Below are positions 13,397-24,411 of a DNA stretch of 64,000 bases, in pieces. This DNA comes from Geosiphon pyriformis uo1 (lineage: Eukaryota; Fungi; Glomeromycota): contig JAAOMT010000502.1 of assembly GCA_016748015.1 (NCBI GenBank), positions 813,894 to 877,893 of the forward strand, read 5' to 3'. How positions within the stretch are numbered: position 1 is the stretch's first letter; each line of letters starts with the position of its first letter. Position numbers and translations under genes: made by a program. The notes beneath the pieces were generated by a model that saw only the letters and a program-made list of their open reading frames with translations, had not been told where the DNA came from and made no database searches.

Positions 13397-15843
13397 GAAA
13401 AGAAAAAAAAACTTTTTCTCTCTTAAATTTTATGACCACAACTAGAGCTAAGATTAAAAAAGTTGCAAACAGTACTTTTCCTATAGCAACTAATAAAGTT
13501 TTAACACAAGAGGGTTTCTCGATTATTGAAGCAGCTAGACAAAACGTTCTGGCAACATTTCTTTTAAAAAATACTAGTAATAAGCAGCCTTTAGTGGTTT
13601 CTGATTTATTTTCTTTATCTTTGGCTAGTAGCTCTTCTCCAGTCAAAGTTCCTTCCAAAAAACACATTCGGGTTAGTCCCAGTGTTGTTTCCACCACTTC
13701 AAAAAGCCCAAAAATTTTTAATAACAGACCAGTTAACAAGTTGGTCTTTCCTGTTTTCACTACTTTCACTACTACTTCTACTACTACTGCTTTACAAATG
13801 GCTGCAAAAGCAAAAATTTCCAAAAAACAGCAGCAGGCAGTTGCAACTGCTATGGTTACACTGAATCTCTTTGTGGTTCCAGATGAGATTTTCAGTAAGA
13901 TCTTCACAGCAGCAGCCAGTTTTCTTCCTGATATGGATGACAACAACAGCAGCACATCTTCCAAGATGGGCCAAGATCAACCACTGGCTGTGTTGCCTGA
14001 TGTGATACTCTCCAGTAGATCATTGCCAATCCCAGTAGCAAAACAGTCCATCAATCCAGATGATCTCAAAGATTGGGCTGATCAAATGAAAATGGAATCA
14101 ACTGTCTCTCCTCCAGTTTCTGATGCTGCTGATGGCGGTGCTTGGGAAAATGTAAATGGTTGTCAGAGGTTTTCTGGTTGGGTGGCCTCCAATCTAGTAC
14201 CTGGTGCTACATTTAAAATCAAAATGGCTCTGCTTAGTTTCTTGTTTTAGTTGCTGCCTGATTGTATTGGGCTTAAGTCAGTTTCACAAGATACTGTTAA
14301 GTTGTTTTGTGTGGAATTTGTATCTTAAGAGAGTTTAAATAGTGCCACCAAAGTGGCTATCAGTGATGAGGTTTTTTTGACCACTTTTAAGATTGCACGG
14401 TCTTCTGGTGTGGTCTCTGTTTCCTTCCTTTCCTTGTCAATTGTACTACATGACATACCTTTGGGTATCTTTTTTGATGACATCAAAACTACTCTTGGTA
14501 TTTTTGGTGTTGTTACTTCTGTTAAGTTGAAGCCTGTTGGCTTATGGCAATATGCTGTGGTTAACTTCAAAAACACTTCTTCTATTGCTACTACTCTCTC
14601 TAACTGGTCTGTATTGATTAGAAAAAACAGTGTTAGGATTCTTCCCATTGTCAACCAAAAGGAGATTATCTCTTCAAGAGATGCATTCAAAGCTAAGTTG
14701 GTTAATCTTTCATTTGGCTGTACTGCCTTTGAGATAAGTGATTTGGTCTTCTAAGTTGGTGGCCATACATGTTTCATTCCTCGCTCCTCTGAATCTTATC
14801 AATCTTAACATTTTGCTGTGGTTACCTTTGATTCTTTGGAATCTCTGAATGTTGCTGTGTCAAAAACTGGTATCTTGTATGGTTGTCGCATTTGGTGAAA
14901 AACTTCTGGATGTTGCTGCTGTTATAGGTGTCAAGACTTGGATCATTTGACCATAAACTGCAAGAAGTCACCTCCTCATTCACCCAAACTTTCCTCCAAC
15001 ACTTCTGATGGCCCAAAAATTTTTAAACTTTTGTTTGCTAGATCTAAATCTTATGCCAAAGCTGCTGCTTTTGTGGTTCCTCCTAGTGCTGCTGCTGCTA
15101 ATATGAACTTGGATCTCAGTGGTTCTCCCAAAACTACATCACCCATGGTGCCTGCTGTATCTTCTGTTCCCAATTCTGCTGTTGAATCTAGATTGGCGTC
15201 TTTGGAATCCCACCTTAGTGAACTATCTGTGTTGATAAAATCTTTAGTTGAACTTGTTAGTGTTCTTGTTGCATTGGTTACTAAATTGCTGTTTACTCTA
15301 TCTGCTGTAGATGGGTCAGTTAAGAAATGTGTGGATGAATTAGCTAAGCAAAATAAAGAATTGGCTGCTGTTGCCACCATGATGCAAAAAAGAATAACAC
15401 ACCTTGAGAAAATATGTGAATGGACCTGCTTAGAGGATAGATCAGATGTTGATAACATGGTTGATGACATTAATAATAATGATTATGAAGACAAAAACTT
15501 TTCAGTTTATGATAATATCTTTGATGTTATGATGCACTTATGAGAAGATTAGCCTTCCAAGATCAAATCCAGTCCTAATCAGACTGCTAAGTGGATGAGT
15601 GGTATGATTAAGAATAGTCATAAGCTAGTTAGTATTATGGATAAAATGTATGAATTAGATATGTTTGATATATTAAGTAGTAAAGATAGTACTAGCATGT
15701 AGTTAGGGCTTTTTACTAATGGTTAGTCATATCTTGTAAACTTTGTATTATTGAGTGAACTGGCTTTATGAAAGTGCCAACTTTATTGTTGAACAAAATT
15801 AATAAATGATCAGCATAACTACACATTAATATTAAAAAAAAAA
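13397..15843 (+). mobile_element. Family D non-LTR retroelement, ORF1-only, full length (D1), poly(A) tail, 13-bp TSD
   Basis: TSD ATCATTGTGTCGA (13384-13396) / ATCATTGTGTTGA (15843-15855); family A RT is continuous on both sides; AATAAA followed by an A-tail; no EN/RT coding capacity. Confidence 0.9.
13432..15702 (+). pseudogene. LINE ORF1-like protein (~756 aa): Ser/Thr-rich N-terminus, RRM-like repeats, CCHC zinc knuckle, coiled-coil C-terminus; point stops only
   Basis: ORF-track pieces 13333, 14353 and 14938 share one frame from ATG 13432 to TAG 15702; C-x2-C-x4-H-x4-C at 14920-14961; RRM-like 'LHDIPLG...GIFGVVTSVKL...QYAVVNF' and 'KLVNL...FAVVTFDS'. Confidence 0.8.
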
Positions 15844-17284
15844 TCATTGTGTTGATTGAATTGATAAGGCTTTAAATGGATGAGATGAGTTTCTTTTGTA
15901 GCAATGATGTGTTGTATTACATGAGTTTGTTCAGGGGTGTTACTTTCTTTTAAAATAACTGGGCTATTTTTAGCCAACAGATTTTTAATGTCTATTTTTT
16001 TTTCTTTAGGGAAAAGTTCTCTTTGTTCTATAATTAGTGATTGAATTTTAAATGGTTTATTCTCAAAGGACTTTTGTATTTCTTTAAGTTCTTTTCGAGA
16101 TATCAAGCTAATTGGTTCCCAATTTTTGTAATAGATTAGACAGGATTTGCATTCATTACTTGGTGAATATAAAAGTTTATTACACCAGCATTGTGTACAA
16201 GAGTCATGTCACCAATAACTGTATTTGGCTTTTTTGTTAGGTTTTTTGTCAAAGGTTTTTCTGAGGATATTATAGTAGGACCAGCAAATCAGCTTGCCAT
16301 TTACCATGATTCCTTCTTTGTTAGCTTTAACATTGTCCAGTGGCTTGCCATTGCTGATAAAGATGATATAGACATGTTTAGCAGTTTCTTTTGGTTTTTT
16401 TTGATCTTCATCATCACTTTCATCATCATTTGATTCATCTGATTGTTTTTTTTCTTGGTTCTGTTTAGTTGCTGGAAAAGTTGTCCAATGACAGCATTTA
16501 ACCACAATGAGTTTTTCACCACATCTAATGGTTAGCTCACACAGTTCATAGTCAAGTAGTGTTTTGGCTTTCTTAAGCCACTCATTACCAACAATGATGG
16601 TATACTCTTTTGCTTCAGATACTTCTATATCTGTTTTAATGTTAATATCATTGATGTATACAAGAACAGCTTTGGTTATATCCAGATCTTTCTTTTTGTC
16701 ACTATGTATATTGGTTATAGGCTGAGTAGAAGGTTCATTAATTTTTTTTCCAATAGCTTCTAGAAAGTATTTGGCAATTACACTTACAGATGATCCACTG
16801 TTTAAGATTAAATCAATGAAGTAGCCAGCCACTTGGGCTTTACAAATCAGAGGAGTAACATTGCTGTTGTTAGCAAGTCCAGCTTAACAAGAATGCTTGT
16901 TGGTTTTTGGTGTCTTCTTCTTTGGTATTAAGGATTTGCAAAGATCTTTTCTGAACTGTGGATGAATTATTAGTTGGCCAAATGTAATGTGTACTGGGGT
17001 TTCCATGAGATTTTTAACAACAGAATAAGAGTCAGAATTTTGTACTTTTTTTGGAGGTTCTAACTTTTAAAATTTTTTAAAAACTTTAGTCTTTGGTGGC
17101 TCATTGTTGTCAACAGCAGAAGTTGAGACTTTGTTGGGATTTAAAACAAAATCAACCTTGGCTTTCTTCTTCTTTCTTGTTAAGTCAGAGGTGTTAATTG
17201 CCAGTTCATCCATATTATGATCATTATCAGTTAGGTTAAAAGCATAAAAGAGGTTTTTTTCTGGTTGGCTTGTACTTTCACCCC

Positions 17285-17899
17285 TTAGTTGAACCTATTG
17301 GGGCTTTGGTTGCATTGGTTACCAAATTGCTGTCTACTCCATCTGCTGTAGATGTATCAGTTAAGGAATGTGTGAATGGATTGGCTAAGCAAAATAAAGG
17401 CTTGGCTGCTGTTGCTTCTATAATACAGAAAAAAATGACATGTCTTGAGAAAATATATGAATGGGTCTGCTTAGAGAATAGATCAGATGTTAACAACATG
17501 ATTGATAATGTTAATGATAATAATGATAAAGATAAAGACTTTTCAGTTTATAATAACACTTTTAATGTCATGATGTACTTATAAGAAGATCAGCCTTCCA
17601 GAATCAAGTCCAGTCCTGATCAGACTGCTAAATAGATGAGTAGTATGGTTAAAAATAGTTATGAGCTAGTTAGCATTATGGGTAAGATGTATGAATTAGA
17701 TATGTTTGATACATTAAGTAGCAAAGATAGTATTAGCATTTAGTTAGAGCTTTCCACTTGTGGTTAATTGCATCTTGTGATTTTGTATTATTGGGTGAGC
17801 TGACTTTATGAAAAGATCATGCTTTTTGAATGTGGCTAAACTAATAAAAAACCAGCATGGCTATACGTTAACAAAAAAAAAAAAAAAAAAAAAAAAAAA
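17285..17899 (+). mobile_element. Family D copy D2, 5'-truncated, 27-nt poly(A)
   Basis: Homologous to the 3' ~600 bp of D1/D4; A-run 17873-17899; no TSD; ~2 kb of host A3 missing at the site. Confidence 0.9.
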
Positions 17900-18104
17900 G
17901 ATGAAAGTTGTTATTTTATTTATTTTATTTCCTTGATTTCTACATATTTTTCTACAGCTAAGAGATTCATCACTTATATAGCTATCAAAAGTGGTTAATG
18001 ATCAGGTTAATAATCACTTTCTAAAAATAGAATGGCTAATTTATATAACATTAGTGGCTAATACATGTGATAATTAATAAGAAGTATAAGTTTCAACTGT
18101 AATA
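17900..18104 (-). repeat. Remnant (U3 part) of the A3 5' LTR
   Basis: Matches the family A LTR; terminal ...CTGTAATA (CA mutated to TA). Confidence 0.85.
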
Positions 18105-18290
18105 ATATATTTAATACATTAGGTAACAAAGATAGTACTAGCATGTAGTTAGGCCTTTCTACTTGTAATTAGCCACATCTTGTGATTTTGTATTATTGGG
18201 TGAGCTGGTTTTATGAAAGCACCATATTACTGTAGACATAACTAATAAATAACTAGCATGACTACATATTAACACAAAAAAAAACAAAAA
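18105..18290 (+). mobile_element. Family D copy D3, severely 5'-truncated (last ORF codons, 3' UTR, A-tail)
   Basis: 'AAAGATAGTACTAGCATGTAG' ORF end and 3' UTR match D1/D4; followed by an A-rich tail, then ~65 bp of family A ORF3 (18291-18356). Confidence 0.85.
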
Positions 18291-18356
18291 AACAATTAGA
18301 ACTCTATAGTTGTCTTGGTAAAATTATAGAAGACATAAAACTAATAAAGAAAACAA

Positions 18357-20777
18357 ATAACATACTCTTTCTTTCCTAAATTTCATGACTACAAATAGAG
18401 TTAAAAGTAAAAAAGTTGCAAACATTACTTTTCTTATAGTAACTAATAAAGTTTCAACACGAGAGGGTTTTTCTGTTATTTAAGCAGCTAGACAAAATGT
18501 TCTGGCTATATTTCCTTTAAAAAATATTAGTGAAAAGTTGCCTTTAGCAGCTTCTGGTTCACTTTCTTCTCCTTTGGCTGGAAATTTTTCTCCAATTAAA
18601 GTTTCATCAAAAAGGCACACTCAGATTAGTCTCAGTGTTGTCTCTATCACTTCAAAAAGCCCAAAGATTTTTAATAACAGACCAGTCAACAAGTTGGTCT
18701 TTCCTGCTCTTACTACTCCTATTACTACTTCTATTATTACTGCTTCACAAATGGCTGCAAAAGCAAAAAATTCCAAAAAACAGCAGCAGGCAGTCACAAC
18801 TGCTATGATTACACTGAATTTTTTTGTGGTTCCAGATAAGATCTTTGTTAAGATCTCCACAGTAGCAGCCAGTCTTCTTCCTAATATGGATGGCAACAGC
18901 AGCAGCACATCTTTCAAGATGGGCCAAGATCAACCACTGGCTGTGTTGCCTGATATGGTACTCTCCAGCAGATCATTGCCAATCTCAGTAGCAAAACAGC
19001 CCATCAATTTAGATGATCTCAAAAATTGGGCTGATCAGATGGAAATGGAATCAACTGTCCCTTCTCCAGTTTCTGGTGCTGTTGATGATAGTGCTTGGGA
19101 GAATGTGAATGGTCATCAGAGGTTCTCTGGTTGGGTGGCCTCTAATCTAGTACTTGGTGCTACGTTTAAGATCAAAATGGCTCTGCTTGGTTTCTTGTTT
19201 CAGTTGCTGCCTGGTTGTATTGGGCTTAAGTCAGTTTCACAAGATGCTGTTAAGTTGTTCTGTATAGAATTTGCATCTCAGGAGAGCCTAAATGGTGCCA
19301 CCAAAGTGGCCATCAATGATGAAATTTTTTTGACCACTCTTAAGATTGCATGGTCTTCTGGTGTGGCCTCTGTTTCTTCTTCTTTCTTGTCAATTGCACT
19401 CTATGATGTACTTTTGGGTACCTCTTCTGATGACATCAAAACTGCTCTTGGCATTTTTGGTGTTGTTACTTCTATTAAGTTGAAGCCTGCTGGCTTATAG
19501 CAATATGTTGTGGTTAATTTTAAGAACATTTCTTTTGCTGCTGCTACTCTCTCTAACTGGTCTGTATTGGTCAGAAAAGATAGTGTTAAGATTCTTTCTA
19601 TTACCAACCAAAAAGAGGTTATTTCCTTAAGAGATGCATTCAAAGCTAAGTTGGTTAATCTTCCAGTTGGCTGTATTGCCTTTGAGATAAGTGATTTGGT
19701 CTTTCAAGTTGGTGGCTGTACATGTTTCATTCCTCGCTTCTCTGAATTTTATTGACGTCAATGCTTTGCTGTGGTTACTTTTGATTCTTTGGAATTTCTG
19801 AATGTTGCTGTGTTGAAAACTGGTACCTTATGTGGTTGTCACATCTGATGGGAAACTTCTGAGTGTCACCACTGCTACAGGTGTCAAGACTTGAATCATT
19901 TGGCTGTGAACTGCAAAAAGTTGCCTCCTCTTCCACCTAAACTCTCTTTTAACACCTTTGGTGGCCCCAAAAATTTCAAATCTTTAGTTGTTGGATCTAA
20001 ATCTTATGTCAAGACTGCTGCTTTTGTGGTTCCTTCTGGTGCTGCTGCTGCTGATATAAACTTGGATCTTGGTGGTCCTCCCAAAACTACAACACCCATG
20101 TTGCTGTCTCTTCTGTTCCCAATTCTGTTATTGAATTTAGGTTGGCTTTTTTTGAATCCCACCTTAGTAAACTATCTGTGTTGATAAAATCTTTAGTTGA
20201 ACCTGTTGGTGTTCAGGTTACATTGGTTACCAAATTGCTGTCTATTTCATTTGTCATAGATGTGTCAGTTAAGGAATGTGTAGATGAATTGGCTAAGCAA
20301 AATAAAGGCTTGGCTGTTGTTGCTTCCATGATACAGAAAAGAATAACACACCTTGAGAAAAAATATAAGCAGACCTGCTTGGAGAATGCAGCTGATAATG
20401 ATGACATGGTTGATAATGATGATGATAACAATAAAGATTTTTCAGTTTATGATGACACCTTTAATGTTATGATGTATCTTTGGGAAGATTACCCTTCCAG
20501 TATTAAATCCAGTCCTAATCAGACTGCTAAATGGATGAGTAGTATGGTTAAGAATAGTCATGAGCTTGTTAGCATTATGGATAAGATGTATAAATTAGAT
20601 ATGTTTGATACATTGAGTAGCAAAGATAGTACTAGTGTATAGTTAGAACTTTCCACTTGTGGTTAGCCGCATCTTGTGATTTTGTATTATTGGGTGAGCT
20701 GGTTTTATGAAAGTGTCACATTACTGTGAACATAACTAATAAATGACCAGCATGGCTACACATTAACAAAAAAAAAA
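18357..20777 (+). mobile_element. Family D copy D4, full length, ORF1-only, poly(A) 20768-20777
   Basis: Colinear with D1 from 5' UTR to tail; ORF ATG 18385 to TAG 20642 (stops and a frameshift); no TSD. Confidence 0.9.
18385..20642 (+). pseudogene. ORF1-like protein of D4
   Basis: ORF-track pieces 18538-19500, 19510-19755, 19891-20184 and 20142-20642; CCHC 'CYRCQDLNHLAVNC'. Confidence 0.8.
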
Positions 20778-23700
20778 GTATAGTGACTAAGATATTTTAT
20801 GAGACTGATCTTGTATATTGAATCCATACTTATTCAATTTGTTCTTTAAAGTTGAATTTTTTTTGATTCTTTTTATCACTCTACAATCTTGTTTTCCTTT
20901 GCTATTTGTTAGCTTGTTACTCCACAACCCATAACATAAAAATAGTGCTTTCTGTGAGGTTGTCAAAATCTACTTTGTTTCTTATTATATGGATGATTAT
21001 TTATATCTGACACAACAATCAGAAAAACACTTTAAAGCATACAACAAAAATAATCTAGACTTTATTAAACTCAATCTTTTGCCCTTCTGTTTGATTTGCT
21101 TCCTTATTAAAAAACAATCTAGCAGACAATTCCAAGACTTTTAGAACTGGTTCTTAAATAAGCATTCAGCTGAAACCTACACAGCTTATACAATCTATTA
21201 CTTTAACCAAGCTTATTTTGAAGACAACTTTGAAAAAAGAAACAATAGCATTAATCAGCTTTTATATTCCATAATATTTGAACAACAGCCCTCTGATTCT
21301 GAATATCTAAATCACCAGATTCACATTTGGATTGCTGTCCATCAACTAGCTGAAACACCTTTTGAAACAGAAGAAGAAAGCTATCAAACTGTTTCTGTTT
21401 TTGATCTCTTCTTAAGTGAATCAAAACATTCTACACAAACAGCTATTCCTGAACTAATGGCTAATGACCCCATGTAACAAAACATTCTGATTGTCTTTTA
21501 GGACATATAAACTGCTTTAGGATGAAGAAATAACACCCCACTATCTTTATTCAGAAGTAATGCACAAGATCTAATTAAATAGTTAGATGACTTTGAAAGA
21601 GCTGCTACAACGAACCAATATGATAATAAATACAAGTTCCAAATTGTTGGTGGCTATCTTCAAGACTCTTCTGCTACTTAGTTCTCATAAAAAACCAATG
21701 CTGGTGCTCACCAAAGAATCATTAGATAGGCACCAACAAATGCTAGAAAAAAAAACACCTCAATTTAAAACTAAATTTAGAACTCCTATCTTAATCTCAA
21801 AATGGTGTATAGAATTAGAAAGTAGAACTCAAAATCCTGGTAAAGTTGTGACTGAATATGCAAAAGCAATTAGAAAACTAATTAAACAAGTAGACTTTGG
21901 AAGAAACTAAATAGAAAAACAGAAAATTTATTTCTTTACAAAAGAATTAAAAACTGATCTCTCATATGCTCTTTGGCCCCTTCTGGCTCTAAAAGACTAT
22001 TCTACAATGAATATGACCATTGAACTAGTCCAACAAATTGAAAACAATCAAAGGATGCACTTAAAATTCACACTTCCAGTTTTTGCTCTTGTTCCTGTTA
22101 TGACTTCTGCTTCTTAAATGACTGTTACTTCTTTTGCTGCCCAAACTCCAGATTCCAATAAACAATTGATAGATAGACTCACAGCCAATCTTGCCCAGCT
22201 ATTAGAATCCTTAGCCCAAGCAGTCAGAGAAAATTAACAACCCCAAAGACCCAAATATGAACTCCATTTTAATCAACCCCAACAACCCTCTTATCAAAGA
22301 CAACAAAATTGTGGCCCATTTGTGTATTATTATTGTGAATTAACTGAACATTTCTTCAGAGATTGCAACAATTCTCCTTTGCCTCCTCTAGCTCCTAAAA
22401 ACAATGACAATTAAAACAACAGAACCATTAACAACAATGTTTCCAATCAAAGACCCAATCATGCCAACATCAATTTCTTTGAAAAGAATTCCTTAGCTGA
22501 AGCCACTGTTTATTAGCCTTTAAACTGGTAGGCATACCTTCAAAGAGTAAGAGTGCAAGCCAACCAGAAAAAAACCTCTTTTATGTTTTTAACTTAACTA
22601 ATGATGACCATGACATAAATGAACTACCAATCAACATTTTTGAATTAACAAGAAAGAAGAAAAAAGCCAAAGTTGATTTTGTTCTGAATCCAAACAAAGT
22701 ATTCAAATCAACTACTAATAACAATAAGCCATTAAAGGCTAAAGTTTTTAAAAATCTCTAAAGTTGGAATCACCAGAAATAGTACAAAAATCTGGTTGTC
22801 AAAAATCTCATGGAAACCCCAGCTCACATCACTTTTGGCCAATTATAACCCATCCACAATTCAGAAAGAACTTGTGTAAATCCTTGATTCCAAAGAAAAA
22901 GACACCAAAAACCAACAAGCATTCTCGACAAGCTGAACTTGCTAACAACAGCAATGTCACTTCTTTAATCTGCAAAGCCCAAGTGGCTGATTACTTTATT
23001 GACTTGATTTTAGACAGTAGATCATTTGTTAGTATTATTGCCAAACATTTTCTTAAAGCAATTGGCAGAAAGATTGATGAATCTTCAACTAGACCAATGA
23101 CCAATGTACATAGTGACAAAAAGAAAAGCCTGAGTATAACCAAAGCTGTTTCTGTTCGCATCAATAGTATCAGCATTGAAACTGACATGGAAGTATCTAA
23201 AACAAAAGAGTACACCATAATTGTTGACAATAAGTGGCTTAAAAAAACCAAAATATTACTTGACTATAAACTTTGTAAGCTAATCATCAGATGTAATAAA
23301 AAGTTCATTATGGTTAAGTGCCATTATTGGACAACTCTTCCAGTACCCAAGCAAAACCAAGAAAAAGAACAGTTAAATGAATCAAATAATGATGAGAGCA
23401 ATAAAGAAGAAAATCAAGAAGAACAAAAAAAAACTGTTAAACTTGCCTATACTATCTTTACCAACAATAGCAAGCCACTAAACAATGTTAAAACTGACAA
23501 AAAAAGAATCATGGTAAATGGCAAGCTGATCTGCTGACCATACTATAATATTTTCAGAAGAATCTTTGATAAAAAACCTGGCAAAAAAGCAAAATACAGT
23601 TATTGGTAATATGGCTCTTGTGCCAAGTGCTGGTACAATAAACCTTTATATTCCCTTAGTAATGAATACAAGTTCTGGCTGATCTATTATAAAGATTGGG

Positions 23701-24411
23701 AGCCAATTAGTTTGATACCCAGAGAAGAACTAAAAAAAGTACAGAAGTTCTTTAAAAATGAACCATTTGAAATCTAATTACTAGTTGTAAAACAAAAAAA
23801 ATCTTCTCCTGAAGAAAAAAAAATGGTTATTGAAAACTTGTTGGCTAGAAATAGCCCAATTATCTCAAAAAAAAGTGACACCTCTGGACAAACCCATATA
23901 ATACAACACATCATCACTACCAAAGAAACTCGCCCCATCTATTTGAAGCCTTATTAATCTAATTGGCACAATGATAAGTTTATCAAGAAAAAAATAACTC
24001 GAATAAAAAATCTTAGATTCATACAAAAAACCAAAAGTGAATGGGCTTTTTTAGTTGTAATGGTATTCAAGAAAGGTGGAACTCTACACTTCTGTGTCAA
24101 CTAGCACCAATTAAATGTTATTATTATAAGAAACATGTATCTACTCTCCAAAATTGATGCAATGCTAGATAAATTCAATGGTGCTGCTTTCTTCTTAACT
24201 ATTGACCTAACTGCTGGATTTTGGCACATAGAGATGGATCCAAAAAGCAGAAAAAAAACTGCTTTCATTACCAAGTATGATATCTATAAATTTACAATCA
24301 TGTCTTTTGGTCTCATCAATGTCTCTCCTATCTTTTAATGCCTAATAAACAAAGTGTTTAAATCAGTAAAAGAAAACTTTGTTCTAGCCTATTTAGATAA
24401 CATCATGGTAT
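20778..24411 (+). mobile_element. Family A copy A4 (partial LTR 20778-20936, decayed PBS, gag, protease, RT up to the YLDD region)
   Basis: LTR end ...CCCATAACA at 20936; protease 'LILDSRSFVSII'; RT fragment 24135-24338; cut by an LTR at 24412. Confidence 0.88.

Larger units (their letters stand above)
9444..18104 (-). mobile_element. Family A copy A3, full span with ATAT flanks; interrupted by D1 and D2; gag and part of the 5' LTR deleted
   Basis: 3' LTR 9444-10126, ORF3 10096-10752, integrase 11343-11897, RT with YLDD 12667-13071, protease 16209-16832, 5' LTR remnant 17900-18104; ATAT at 9440-9443 and 18105-18108. Confidence 0.85.

Noticed and set aside
13362-13964. Long antisense ORFs over D, gag, pol and RRN3 (e.g. 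13362, 15051, 51751, 60335)
   Set aside because: Shadow frames of real coding sequence
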